64,000 nucleotides of DNA from Vicugna vicugna. Its lineage: Eukaryota. The stretch spans positions 1,488,001 through 1,552,000 of the forward strand of contig MU058221.1 of the NCBI GenBank assembly GCA_013265495.1, in the 5' to 3' direction. The position numbers and the translations under genes were made by a program. The notes under the pieces were generated by a model. The model saw nothing but the letters and a program-made list of their open reading frames with translations, was not told the origin of the DNA and did no database searches. Shown here piece after piece: positions 1 to 12,726 of this stretch. Position 1 is the first letter of the stretch; each line of letters opens with the position of its first letter.

Positions 1-8
1 ACCTAAGT

Positions 9-340
9 CAGTGATTCTCAAGCTTTTTCATCGGATGACACTTTAAAACGCGTACATTTATTGAGCACACCGAGGAACTTTTGTTTCTATGTTATTTATA
101 ATTGACATTTACCATGTTAAGAATTAAAATTGAGACATTTAAAAATACTTAACTCAGACATTAATTTTAAAATAACGCTGTGATCATCCTGTGCGAACAA
201 AAATAACCTATCTTAGTGAAAACACCTACACTTTCCGAAATAATAATTGTGAAAATTGTGACAGTGTTTCACATCTTTGTAAATTTCTTCCATGCAAGGT
301 TTCCGGGTTCTCTAGGTTCTCATAACCGCTTCTGCATTCG
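9..340 (-). mobile_element. hAT-Charlie (Charlie1-like) DNA transposon terminal fragment
   Basis: Starts with a hAT-type TIR CAGTGATTCTCAA; downstream text (…ttattgag…cttttgttt…gaattaaaattgaga…ttctcataaccgcttctgcattc) resembles the Charlie1 end as recalled; boundaries approximate. Confidence 0.6.
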
Positions 341-407
341 CACACCAGGCAGCGTCTGGGTAACTCTGTACTCTTATAAAAGAGGGAGTGAATAAAAGAT
401 ACCTTAC

Positions 408-476
408 TATTTGTTGAGGAAGCAGTTTTGACCTCCCCGGTCTCCTGAGCGGCACCGCACTGCAGCAGTTGCTGTC
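408..476 (-). other. Candidate internal exon C (69 nt) of an unidentified minus-strand gene
   Basis: Minus strand: acceptor ccgttttccacag| and donor ATA|gtaagg; unique, GC-richer than its flanks; 69 nt with no stop in any of the three frames; UGCAUG ~110 nt downstream (plus catgca 291-296). Confidence 0.6.
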
Positions 477-1774
477 CTGTGGAAAACGGTGTGACACGCT
501 GTGGGGGAGGCGCAGAGGAATTCGGAGAATAATAAACACGGCAATGGAGTCAGAAGGGAACGCATGTGCCGTTCAGAGGGGAAAGGGCTAGTGGGCTTCA
601 TCAGAATCCACAAGCTTGTGGCATAAAGGCTCCAGCGACTTTTAATTTAAAATAAGGGCTTTATACTATATCCTCAAACTCCCTCTGCAGCATGAATATT
701 CTATCAGTTTGCAAGACTCAAGATATTCTCGGGATTTCTTCCCACTGCCATCTTGACGGTTTTGCCTAACAGTGAAGGATAAATAAAGGGACACGAACGT
801 GTCTGGGAGCATGGCCGTCCTGCTCACACCTGAAATGTCCTTATTTGAGAAAGCTTCTGAGATGAGTATTGCTCCTTGAGGAGCAGAGATATTCAAGAGA
901 GGAGGGGTAAAGGAATTTGGGATTAATTACTGTTCCCCAGAACAGTAGACTTTAAGCCACTTAACAACCAGGAGTGGTTCTTAAGCCCTTGAACCTGAAA
1001 GGCTGCTCACGTGGCAGAGAATCTTCTGGCAGGTGCAGTGGGTAACGGTGCCTGGTACCAACCCAAGCCGAATCTGAGGGCCCTGTGGTCACCATCTCCT
1101 TTAATACACATCTAAACACAGCTTGTGCTCAGCTAGGAACTGCACTTCATACAGTTGCCAGTTTACCTGAAAATCGTAGACGTATTTTTGTACCCACTCA
1201 AGTTCTCGACCTTAACCCCTCCTCCCATCGTGGGCTCTGGTCGAGCTCAGCCTGCTGCTTCTGCAAGCTGTGCCCTGGTCAGTGCATTTCCAGCATCCGC
1301 GTCTAAAACTAGCAGCGGACGCCAAGTGACACTGGCGCTTTTCGTGTTTCTTTTTAATTCATGTGGGTGCCCTTTTCTAATGTGTCTTATTTACAAAACA
1401 TCAAGGGCTTTTCAGGTAGTTTGTCAAATCACTATTTTTTTCAAAAAAAAAAGTCACTAATAATTTGGTAATGGCGCCATGTGTCATTATGTGTTACATA
1501 ATCGGGTATAATAGTAAATCTTATTTGTCTTGAAAAATATAATTCAATGAAATGAATTTCCTTCTAAACCACCTGTCAATTGTTCTTGCTATAAAAATGA
1601 CAAAACTTTATGGAAAAAAATGTTGCCTATATGCTAATTCTGTTAATAAACATAAACATCACACAACAAGAAAACAATGGAGGAGCAGAAAACAAAAACA
1701 ATGGGAAAATCAATACAAAACGGATTGTGCTAACTGTGGAGACTGATTTCAACAGTGTCAAAAGCTTTGCTCAC

Positions 1775-1875
1775 CAGACTTAACGTGGTAAACATTTCGT
1801 GATGCACGTACGTCAGATCATTAGGCTGCGCACTTACACTTACACAGTCTGCATGCTAATTGTATTTCAACACAA
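1775..1875 (-). other. Candidate exon B (32, 38 or 101 nt depending on donor), probably 5' UTR
   Basis: Strong acceptor ggtttgtttttcttccag| (plus 1876-1893); tandem donors GTAAGT-GTAAGT (plus 1832-1843) and a distal CTG|gtgagc (plus 1769-1774); the 101-nt form has stops in all three frames. Confidence 0.6.
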
Positions 1876-2323
1876 CTGGAAGAAAAACAAACCAAAGGGC
1901 CTTTGCATGTCCAGCTTTCCATATTTTCAGCTTTGTTTTATGGCCCTGGATGAGTCAAGTTTTTGTCTGCTTTTCAAAAATTTCCACAAATTTCTTGGTG
2001 AATGTATTCACAATTGTTCCCTCCTCCGATTTTTTCTTTTTTTCTTTTTTTTGGTTATCAAGAATAAGAATGTTCCTTCATAATTTGAAATTATTATTGA
2101 CATATAGGAAAGATAATTGTTTAGAGAAATTTATTTTTAATTAAGTATGCTAGTGAAAATCAATTCTAATTTTTCAAGTCTGCTTTAGTGGTTCAAGATA
2201 AGCAATCATATAACCAACAAGAAATACTCGCCTAACTTGTTGCTGTGGTTCTTTTCTGTTCACATGCATATTTAATGTATTGTAACACAGGTTCTGCTCA
2301 CATTCCAGGGCACGGATGACCCC

Positions 2324-2418
2324 TTTTTTGTAGGGGGCAATAATTAGGTTTATTTATCTGTTTATTTTTTAATGGCAGCACTGGGGATTGAACCCAGGAC
2401 CTCAGGCATGCTGAGCTA
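2324..2418 (-). mobile_element. Camelid Vic-1-type tRNA-derived SINE (internally deleted)
   Basis: ggggg..taattaggtttattta…aatggcagcactggggattgaacccaggacctc…catgctgagcta: reverse-complement B box and typical tail. Confidence 0.8.
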
Positions 2419-2829
2419 CTCTTGTTATGAATGGCTGATTTTTCTACCTAGCTCTTCCAAAACTATGAATAAGACGGGCTTTATAGTAAATGTTTTGTTA
2501 GAGGCTAATTTCATTCGTTTCTCTCAAATTTATTGTCCAAATTTAAAGGAATGTAGACACAAAGTTAAAAACATCAAGCTGTCCAGAAGGCAGTAAATAA
2601 ATAAAATTGCCACTCCTCCCATTCTCCGATAATCATTGATCTCCTTTCGTGAATAATCACCACTAAACTTAATTTTGTCTTTCAGGACATTTTTATCATC
2701 TGTTATCATTTTTTTTTCACTTTCTCAAAGAAGTAAAAATGTATCCAAATTTAGTCTCGTTTGCTCAGATTCCTTTTTATCTTCTCCATGAGTATTTGAA
2801 GCGGCCAAATGCAGTGTTACCATCAGGAG

Positions 2830-3020
2830 CGCTGAACCCAGGCCATGGATCTGTGAGACACGGTTTTCTCATCTGCAGCACCCCTGCCCCTCCTAGCCGT
2901 GTAGAGAGCTCAGTGAATTACACACATCTTAAATTTGAGGATTGACTGATTCAATACACGTAACATGTGTGGAAGAGCGCCTGCCACAGAGTCAGCACTC
3001 CAGGAGCCAGTGCTGTGAAG
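2830..3020 (+). mobile_element. MIR SINE remnant
   Basis: Degenerate MIR core (ggttttctcatctgca) and 3' part (tgaggattga…gcgcctgccacagagtcagcactc). Confidence 0.5.
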
Positions 3021-3539
3021 TCAGTCCTCACAAATACTGTTAAATCTTCTATTAATAAGCCTAAACCTCAACTGGATTCTCAGTTAAATACTCCTACACA
3101 TATTTCAGCATCCTCTTTCGACTGCCAGATTAGTAGCATCATAATCTATCCTTCGTACCTGGATGACTCACAGTCTAAATTATTTTTCTACAAATAAGAG
3201 TGTGGGAAGACAGGCAAGATAATCCACTGAAGTTTCTGAAGAAAGTGCTAAATTTTATATGCACGTTATGTTTAAAAAGTTGGGAGGAAATTAAGACTTT
3301 AATATTTGATGTGGGATTCGATACGGCCGCCCACACGTTTTCTGAGCGTGTGGTGCCATGAAATGAGGTGGGATGAGCGTGGGAATCTGTGCGCCACAAG
3401 CTGAACCAGTGTCTCACGGAAGTTACACAAAGCACCGTTCAACTTGAAACAGTTGTACTTTTTGTTTTCTTTAACAACGACCCGGGCTCCACATTTGTTG
3501 TTCTTGTCTGCGTTGACAAGAACCTACCTATATTCCAGA

Positions 3540-4460
3540 AGGATAATTTTTAATACTCATTTGGAAATCATTTTAGGCTCAAGTAGCAAACACAATAGAG
3601 ATTTTATGCATAGCCTTCACTCAGCTTCCTCTACTGTTAACGCTTTACATAACCACAGTACAGCTACCAGAACAATGAAATGAGCATTGGTACAATGCAT
3701 GAACTAAGACACTGAACTTATCTGAATTCCACCGTTTTTCTCACTTTACCATTTTTTGGTTCCGGCATCCAATCCAGGATCTCACATTGCGTTTAGGTTT
3801 CATGTCTCCGTTCGTCTTCTTCAGTCCTTCAATCTGTGATGGTTGCTGAGTCTTCCCTTGCTTTTCACGACCTTGATGTTTGTGATGAACATTAATCCTT
3901 TTGGGTTGGCCTTATGTTTTCTCGGGATCAGGGTGAAATTATGAATTTTTGTCAGGAATGCAACCGAAGTGACACCGTGTCCTTCTCAGTGCAGTGCATC
4001 AGGACGCACGTGTAACTTCAATGTGCCTTATTACTGCTAATGTTTATACGCTGACCTCCTCATTAAGGTGTCACCTGTGTCATCTGCCAGGGTTCTCCAC
4101 CATAATGATGCAGTTTTCCCTTTTGTGTTGGATGAATATCACTTTATTTACTTACTATAAGACTGGAAGATACCCTTTTACTCCTCTCATTTCAGAATTC
4201 CCTCATTCCTTCTGTGAGGAAGACGTGTCTCATGTCTCTTATTTATTTGTTTGTTTGTTTTTCTATTATTTATTTCTATCAGTATGAACTCATAGATGTT
4301 TACTTATTCTCTGGGTTCTAACCCAATATTATCATTATTTATTTTGTTACTAAAGTTGTCCCAGCCTTGGAACATTCAGCTCAGTCAATTCATTAAGCTT
4401 GGCTTCTGTATCCTTTTGACATGTGCCTATTCTTCCCACTACTTCTTAATTCCTAGGAGA
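3540..4460 (-). mobile_element. Old L1 (L1MC4/5-like) 3' UTR
   Basis: Motifs acataaccacagtaca…cattggtacaat…atccaatccaggatctcacattgc…ttttgttactaaagttgtcccagccttgg typical of antisense L1MC 3' UTR. Confidence 0.7.
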
Positions 4461-5552
4461 TGTAGTTCCGAATAAAAACAGGCGTCTATTCTTCAATAAG
4501 ACAATATGCTTCTAAACTGTTCTTGTAAGTTGAAAGTGACATTTTCCCTACACAGGAGAAAGTAACCATTTTATAAAGGAAACACATTCTGTGGGGAGTT
4601 TGCAAACGTTTGATGTTCTTCCCATTTTAAACGATTTTGTTACAAAAACTAAGCAATTGTATCACCTATTAAAATTCACCTCTGCACACTTAACAAACAA
4701 TAGATTCTAATCTATTCAAAGTCACCCAGTGAAGGCCCTTCCGGTGAAATTTTACTGTGGTTTTTAAACTTACTGCTTAAAAGCACAAAAATGCAAAAGG
4801 TTTCATTTGCTTTGTAAGAAAGGCTTCTTGACATCATTACAGAAGTTTTCCAAACAGATTTTTACCTAAAACTGTGCAGTCTAGGTAAAGAATACAAAAT
4901 GAAAAGCCTAATTTACTAAGTAGCATCGCTGAAGCCTTATTTTATTTAGATTTATATCCCCTTATGGACTATCATTTGCAGTCATGACAGAGAGTAAAGC
5001 CACGTAGAGTAATGAAGTTAACTTAGAACTACACATAGGGGTCACTGTGTCACAGAACCATCCCATCAATATTTTCAAAATACAAATTAAATGTAACCAA
5101 ATTTCTCTCACCCAAATTATTTATGGCTTATGCCGTTAGACAAGAGAACAGAGATTCTTAAGACCTGATTTAGAGCTTGAACTCACATTTCGCACGTGCT
5201 TAATAATGTAAATAATATATTACAGTGAGGTTATACCTGTAATTCATAAATAAAATGCTAATAATAAAGATATCTAATAGCATTTTAGTAACAAGATGAT
5301 CAAAAGGTTTGAAAAGAATCCTCTAAACGTAAGAACACTACCTGGAAAGCGACATTTCTGCACATAAAATGATGTGGCTTCTTGCTTCCTCTTGCCTACA
5401 GTGAAGCCTACCATTTGTCAGGGCTGTATCTCAAAAGGGGAACTTGAAACTCAGCCCCTGCGTGGTCCCGGTGCCCTGCAAGCTGTTCTCTGAGAACTGA
5501 GTTATCTATAAATGGGTGGAAGCGGGAGGAAGAGAGGGCATCAGCCCTTCAC

Positions 5553-5612
5553 CTGGCTTACAGATGAACAGCTCTTCCATTTTTTAGAGCCACAGAACAC
5601 AGGTTTCTGAGT
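5553..5612 (-). other. Candidate exon A (51 or 60 nt) with a strong-context ATG
   Basis: Strong acceptor caccttttccctttgcag| (AG within plus 5613-5615); donors TCT|gtaagc (exon end 5562) and CAG|gtgaag (end 5553); contains aaaATGG. Confidence 0.5.
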
Positions 5613-7034
5613 CTGCAAAGGGAAAAGGTGATTTACAGCATTGTTGCAGCATGGTAATGAGTTTCAAGAGGAGACCTCTGGGCAGCTTCTGCGCTAAAAC
5701 ACAAATTTGTTTTGTTTTGTTTTGTTTTATTAGAGCATGCCTTTATTAGAGCATCATTCCAATTTCTCAAATTATGTTGATTATCAGTTTTATAGTGTGG
5801 TGTTGCGAGCATTTGTGTTTTTGTCGCAGTTATTGTCAAGTCTTCAATAGGATTTTAGTACTAAAACAGAGAGCATAAGCAATTGTAGGAAGATGAAGAA
5901 CAGAGCACTGGGAATTAGGGCTTTATCGTTTTCTGTAAACATTTTCAGTATGTTTCTGCAACGTTAATTGTTCAAAAATACTTCCTTACAAAAGCTTTCT
6001 CATCTGAGATAATCCTAACTGCATTAAACCAATTAAAAAGTTATTCCAAATTGATTCATCTCAGTTAAGATTCAGAACATAAATGAAAAATTTTTCAGCA
6101 TAGGCTTTTTTTTTTAACTTCAGAAGTCACCAACTGTAGAGAAAACATTCACATCAGAAATACCAAGATTTTTACATTAAACAATTCACCTTTCTTAAAA
6201 AATCCATCTTACTGGCTCTAAGAATTAATAAAGATAAAATATTTATATTTCAGTGGGCATTTTGCCCTTCATCCCCTTGCATCTTTAATTTGATCCTGCA
6301 GGGCGAAAAGTGCTTTGAGCCACTCTGCAGATCTTTGAGCTTCTCAGAAGACCGGTACTACATCATCTCAATGAGAAATCCACTCCAAAAATCAAGAAAC
6401 AGAAATACGTACCCGGAGGGAAATCCAAATATCAGGCCCACGTTGGACTGAAGAATAATTCGATTAAATTGTGAGTTTCTATAGACGTTTACGACAGAAT
6501 ATCCCAGACGATTTTACCATCATTTGCAAACCCATCAGCAAAACAGGAAGTTAGAAAAGTTTGTCTTGTGTAGCCTCCAGTTTCCTCCTTTAGTTTTTTG
6601 TTTGTTTTTTTTTTTTTTTTTTGTTTTTTTGACCCAAGTGTCCAGTTCTCTGCAGACCTCTTTCCAATGTGTTTTTCTTTTTTTTAAGGAGGCACTAATT
6701 GAACCCAGTTCCTCTTAAGATATCTAATTAGAATTAAACTGGCATTCATTTGAAACCCAGTGTCACGTATATTATTGATGCCTCCAAAATCCTGCTTTAA
6801 TGTTTACTATCAAATTTTAATTGGAAATGGGATTAAAACCCCAAAAGATTAACAATATCCTGAAAGTGGCAGTGCAAAAAATGACCAGATTCAGAGGGAC
6901 AGTCTTCAATCATCTTTCTCAAATTCTAGATTATTTTGTCACGTTATTTTCCCTCAAAAATATTTTAGGAAAATATGTCAGAGTTGCAAAGTGTATTTGA
7001 CTTGCCCTCAAATCAGATATGTAGCATTTGACAA

Positions 7035-7270
7035 AATGTGAACACTCTGGAGTCTGGCTACTCAGCTTTAAACCCCAGACCTGACACTTGCTAGCTGTAT
7101 GAACCTGGACACGTTCTACTTAAATTCTCTGCACCTCAATATGCTGACTAAGACAATTAAGCATGAAGCATACTATCTGTTCAAAGATTTACTAAGAAAA
7201 TTAGAAAGTAATTCATGTAGAGCATTTAACACAATGCCAGTCACATAAAAGAAACGCAGAAATCATGAGC
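7035..7270 (+). mobile_element. MIR SINE (near full length)
   Basis: actctggagtctggct…cacttgctagctgtatgaacctggac…ttaaattctctgcacctca…atgtagagcatttaacacaatgccagtcacata. Confidence 0.75.
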
Positions 7271-7284
7271 TCCAATGATTTATC

Positions 7285-7420
7285 AGACTGGAAGCTCCTT
7301 GAGAGCTAAGAAAACGTTTTCTAACTACTGCATCCCAGACCTGCCCCCAGACCCATCACTGGCACAGAGGAGAAGCTCAGTAGCTGTTCATAGAGCAAAT
7401 GAAGGGATAAATGAACGAGT
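7285..7420 (+). mobile_element. L2 3' end
   Basis: agactggaagctccttgag…actggcacagaggagaagctcagta…aatgaagggataaatgaa. Confidence 0.65.
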
Positions 7421-8671
7421 GCAGTGTCTTGTCCAAAGGAGCTGCTTGTTAAAAACAGTAATAAAATTACATGGGGTTTTGATTGATTTCTTGTCGTGAA
7501 TCTGTTCCAGATTCTTGAAACATCCAGCTGTTCAATAAATGTAATTTAAAGCAATGAAGCCTATGTTTTCCATGAAGAGTCCGCCAGCTTCCAGCCCGGA
7601 TAGTCCATGATTAGGTCCTGGTACTTTCTCCTTCGCCAAGACATATGTCAGAAAAAGTGCGAGATTTTTGAAAATGTTATTGAATTTTACACATTATACC
7701 TACATGAAATGGAACCAGTTATGTCTAAAGTCTGTGAGCCTTTTCACGATGCTGGTTAATGGTGCTTTTGCAAGACATGCACTTCAGCATGTGCTGAGGG
7801 TCAGCGTCTACAGGTACAGGGTCCTGGCAGCTCAGACAACAATGGCAGGTAGTGTGAAACGTTACATGTTTTGGAAACCCCCCTGTGTTTAATTTTTACT
7901 TTTGTGACTCAAAATTTATTTTGGACGAACTGGATGAATGCCAGCCTGTCACAAAGAATACGCACATTTCCTTCAAGCTTATTGACGTAATTTTGTTGTT
8001 ACAAGAATGACTTCATTGGGCAATTTGCTGACTACCTAAGGAACCCCCAACAGCTGATTTAATAATAACGTCAACATTTTTGACAAGCATTGCCTCAAAA
8101 GTTATGGACTTAAATTATACAACTCTGTAAAACAGCTTAAATCATAAGCTTCCTTAGATGAACACTGGTGAGCAATTGAGAACAGCTCATGGGAAAAAAC
8201 TAGACTATAATTGGTATGGATGCATTTTTTGACATAGATTGTTGATTTCAATCATCCATAATTATTTCTGAAGACTAGTCTGTCCACAGATGTTGTTTGT
8301 GTCCAATTCGACACTGAATCATGTTGGTCAGTCATTTCTACCTTAATCAGAAACACTGCATAACTGCATCCCAGATTCTTGCCAAGAAACATGGTCTGCA
8401 ATTTCAGAGCCACCCACCTCTCATGAAAGTCTCGGGAGAGACAGAAAATGTTACAGAAAATTGCTCAAAATATAGGAGGTACATTCATTTATCCATATAT
8501 TTCAAATTTCACCTTTAGGGAAAGTCAGGCTAAGAATGTTGCAGACTTGCATTAAGGTATCTGGTCTGTTGTTATAAAATTGCTTTTTCAGCTTATATTT
8601 AACAGCGAGGAATATTATAAGGAATACTCCTGTTGTGGTTCATTATGCTGTGACACATAAAAGTCTCTGGA

Positions 8672-8830
8672 CCAAAAAAAGAAAAAATAATATATATATA
8701 TATTAATTAAAATAAATAAAACTAAAAATAATGTATTGTATTTTTATTTCCTATAAATATATAAATATGAATATATCTACTTTTAGGATAATATATATAC
8801 AATATATGTATATATTATTTATTTCTATGT
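8672..8830. repeat. AT-rich low-complexity / (TA)n region
   Basis: A runs and several (TA)n stretches, almost no G/C. Confidence 0.8.
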
Positions 8831-9489
8831 AATTCCCCTGAGCCACTTTTATATTAACTGATGGATCCCTTATCTTACGCCACATCATACCTTTGCTTGT
8901 TTTGAGTGATTTCCTGCTGCTGTTCTTAGAAATCCAGTACCAAATCTTTAGCCCATGACATCAGAAGAAAAATTCACAAATTTTTGTGCGCTAAGGTTAC
9001 CCAGCTTCATCTTATTTTTCTATTTTTTTAACTTTCCCTAATTTTTCACCTCTTTAAATAGACACGTTATCTGCTTAATTTATATAAATTTAACTATATT
9101 TAAATAAAATGATATGTATGTATATACAACATATGACAGGTTACAGGAGCTTTTAACATTACTGTGTTGCCCATTGTCCAGTCATGGGCACAACAAAGTT
9201 ATTTTAATCTGATGCGTATGTTCTCAGTTTCAGAGTTACCTAACCTGTTAGTAACGCATCCCCTTCACACCCAGTCTTTGCCAAACGCACTTCCTTGGCT
9301 TTCCTGCACGTTCTTTTCAGGAGTGTCGCACTTTTCCTCATATTTCTCAGACCCTCCCCCTGTCTCATTTGTGAGACCACTGTGTTCCTATCTATTGATG
9401 TCAATGTACCTTTTCTCCTCCCTTTGCCATTTGGAATAGCCAAGTGAAATGATCACGTCTATTTGTTTAGTTCCAATTATCTACTAATT

Positions 9490-9890
9490 GTTTTAAAAAT
9501 CCAAATATCTGGGCCAGCATCGCCACTGTCTTTCACACACAACTGACTGATTATGGCCATAAAAACCTTAAAATCAGCATGTCTAAAATTCATCATGATC
9601 CTTCCTCTCCAGACTTCTTTTTCTTTCTAGGTTCCCTAACTAAGTAAAAGACCCTAAGACAAAAACTAGAAAACCATTTTCACATCAGCACTCGCTTGGC
9701 TACCCACGTTCAACTAACTGCCCAGTTCTGACACCTGCACGTCCTGAACGCTTCCCCAGTCTACCATCTCCACATGCACCTCAGCCGCTGAGGTCAAGCC
9801 GGCACCATGTCTCCCCAGCATTATGACAACACCCTCTAACCAGTACCTTGGCCTCCACTAACGCTTCTCAACCCATGCTACAGTCTGCAA
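9490..9890 (+). mobile_element. L2 fragment
   Basis: ccttaaaatcagcatgtctaaaa…tctccacatgcacc…ggtcaagccggcaccatgtctcc…aacaccctctaaccagt. Confidence 0.6.
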
Positions 9891-10182
9891 AAGAATGTGG
9901 TTCCCCTATGGAGGGAGACCTTGTGGTAGATGGGAGCACGGAAGAGCCAAGAGATGGACGGAAGCCACTGGCAGAATGCCCTGGAAGATGCAGAGTCATA
10001 AAAGACAACGCTGCAAAAGGCTGGACCAGATCATTAATGCGGGGCTTTGTTGTCGTGGTACGGACTTCTGTCATTATTCTAAGAGAGCAGGACAGCATTC
10101 AAATATTTCCACTAAGTGAACTACATGATTATTTTTTTAAAATTAAATACTCTGCGAACAATGAGTGGAGCCCACTTTGTAG

Positions 10183-10383
10183 CAGTGGTCTACCAAATAA
10201 GGCATGCACGCTGTATGTTAGAAGGAAAGAAATAAATAGTCTGCTAGTTAGATAAACTCATCCTTTTAAAACTTTCTTTTGTGTACTTTTAAAAATAATG
10301 AATCAAAACACATATATTGAGATGTTTCTCAGAAATAAATTTCTGTAAAAGGATTCATGATCCAAAAGGTGTGGAGATGTTTG
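10183..10383 (+). mobile_element. Short hAT-Charlie non-autonomous element (subfamily uncertain)
   Basis: Left TIR cagtggtct; internal ctcatcctttt…ttttgtgta; right end gatccaaaaggtgtggaga resembles gatcaaaaaagtttggagaccactg. Confidence 0.45.
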
Positions 10384-12686
10384 TGTAGCTGGAGGGAGAC
10401 CATTTAGACTATTTCATTAGAAAAAATTTATGGTATCTCACGTTGGTGATGGCTAAGGTAGAGTCAAATGGATTGAAAACAAAGTATTTAGAAGCTAGAG
10501 TAGCTTCCTCATTACAGTCCAAGTTAAAATGAACTGTAATCACCAAAACATTCTCTAGTGACAGTAGACATCACTTTGACAACCAAAGTTCAGCAGGGTT
10601 AAGGACTAATGATTTTGGCCTTTTGGATTATGCTTATAATTCTGCTTCGGGAATCAGAAAAGACAAGAAAATGAGAACAAAACTTGAAAAGCTTATGAAG
10701 TTAAGGTAGACTCTTGAAGCAATTAGGAGATTTGCCCGATTCCCAAAGCTTGCACAATGAACAAAGATGGCTAAGGGCCAATTTAGCTAAACTATAAATA
10801 AAGACTTAGAGTTTCACAGTATTAAAAAGTCCTGTTTATTCCAGTCAAGTTTTGGACTTATGTTTCTTGATGATTATCTTGGATATTAGTCATTTGTGGT
10901 TACAGATGTTCTAATATGTCAAACTGTAGAGAAAATTCAGAATATTCATTTTAGTTCTTTCTTTAAAATCGTTACAAAATTAGCTCCCATTTGACAAAAC
11001 ACGCTTATGTTTCTAAAAATTCCAAAAAGTGAAGAGATTTGTTTTGATTTGTGGTATAAATAAGAATTTTGACTTCTTCCAAATCTACTTTATTTTATGT
11101 GGTTTTACAATTTTTTATGTTTTAATAGATGCACAATAGATTATTGGAACCCAGAATGGAAGATCTATTAATATCTTGAACTTTATTTGAAAAAAGACAT
11201 TTTATTATATTACATTTAGTTTAATGTAACATTGTGCTGTATCATGGATAAAAGTAATCCTATAAGATATAAATTTCTTCACTCCTTGGAGGGTGCATAG
11301 GAAAAGTTTGTCCACAGATAAACCACATGTTATTATGAAAGACTTTCATATTCTTAGCCACAAATTGACCAATATCTTGCTTTTATTTAAAGTCTTGTAT
11401 ATTAGCTTATTTTATTCATTAATCTGCTGAATAAAACAAACGAGATAAAGAAAAGATGACTTTTTACATAATTATCGTATTTCTGGAAGTACACCTAAAA
11501 CATCAAATCTAGAACTTTGCCTTTGTCTATTATTTTGATGGACTGGAAACTGCTTTTTAGGTAAGTTAAAGACTGAAACTTTATTTTATATCATTCTATA
11601 TCCATTATTCTCACTGTAAACCTGCTACACATAGGAAAAGCATATTTAAGGTACAATTCTCCTGAATTATTTTCAAAAGCATACTTAAAAGTCATGATGA
11701 TACATTTCAGAATGTCAATTAATATTTGAAAAGTTTTTGAGTACCATATTTTTATAGTCTTTCTAGAAGTACAAAATTCAAGTATTAAATATATTTCAAA
11801 TTTCAGCTCTCCTTATGAAAATCAATATGAGTGCGGAGCGGAGGTAGATTAACTACATTTCAGGAGCAGGCTAGAGGTTTGTCATTGAACCTTTGAAAAT
11901 TATTCACGTTATTTTCTGACGGCAAAGACATCTCAAAAGCAGCATGATATGGTGTACGAATGCCATCAAACTTTCTAGCTGTCTCGCATTCAGCCATCGA
12001 AAGTAGATTTGCTTTTTATGACAAGATGAATATATTCCAAACGTGGCTGTTATAAAAGAAACAGGCAGTATGAATAAGAAATGGGCAGAAGGGCATTTCT
12101 GTTGGAGTTGATTTTAGGAAATAGACACTCAGAATAGTCAAGGGTTATCTGAGAATGCTAATATAGATTGTGTTAGCACAACAGTAGCCCTTTATCAGCC
12201 ATGGCTTCCTGGGGAAGCTAGATTAATTTTTTAAATATGGAAAGTTATTTGTTCACAGGATCTTGAGAAACTTCTTGATCTTGTGATGCCTGGCAGCAGT
12301 GTAAGAGCAGGTAAAACAATGTCTTCAGTTAAGTGGACAAAATTTGAAAATAAGACAAACATATAATATTTACTTGTTCACAATGTATCATTCTCCAGTC
12401 CCCCTTCAGGCACCATTCATCATCACTGAACGTAAACCTATGGCAGTCAGAGAGCACGTGTTTTTGAGAAAGTGCAAGAAAGAGCTTGTCACTGGCAAAT
12501 TCCAGATCAAAGATGATTTCCCACAAGATGTTGTTAATCTTAAGGATTTTCACCCAGTATACTCAAAGGCCCTTGCCCTGACCTGTCCGAAAGACCTTAA
12601 GAGTCTTCATGTTCTCGGATCAAGGATATTATTCATATTTATGAATTATGCCTCTTACTCCAACATTAATAGATAATTCCTTTCCC

Positions 12687-12688
<2 letters not shown>

Positions 12689-12722
<34 letters not shown>
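12689..12722. repeat. (CA)17 microsatellite
   Basis: Perfect CA repeat read directly. Confidence 0.95.

Positions 12723-12726
<4 letters not shown>

Noticed and set aside
5491..5515. TGAGAACTGA, identical to the first 10 nt of miR-146
   Set aside because: The match breaks down after 10 nt and I see no complementary 3p arm for a pre-miRNA hairpin
9848..10255. 135-aa plus-strand ORF
   Set aside because: Starts at TTG inside L2 and ends in a Charlie MITE
11545..11566. Plus-strand TAG|GTAAGT recursive-site-like motif
   Set aside because: Short pyrimidine tract and no independent support for a plus-strand gene; used only as a caution that such motifs arise by chance
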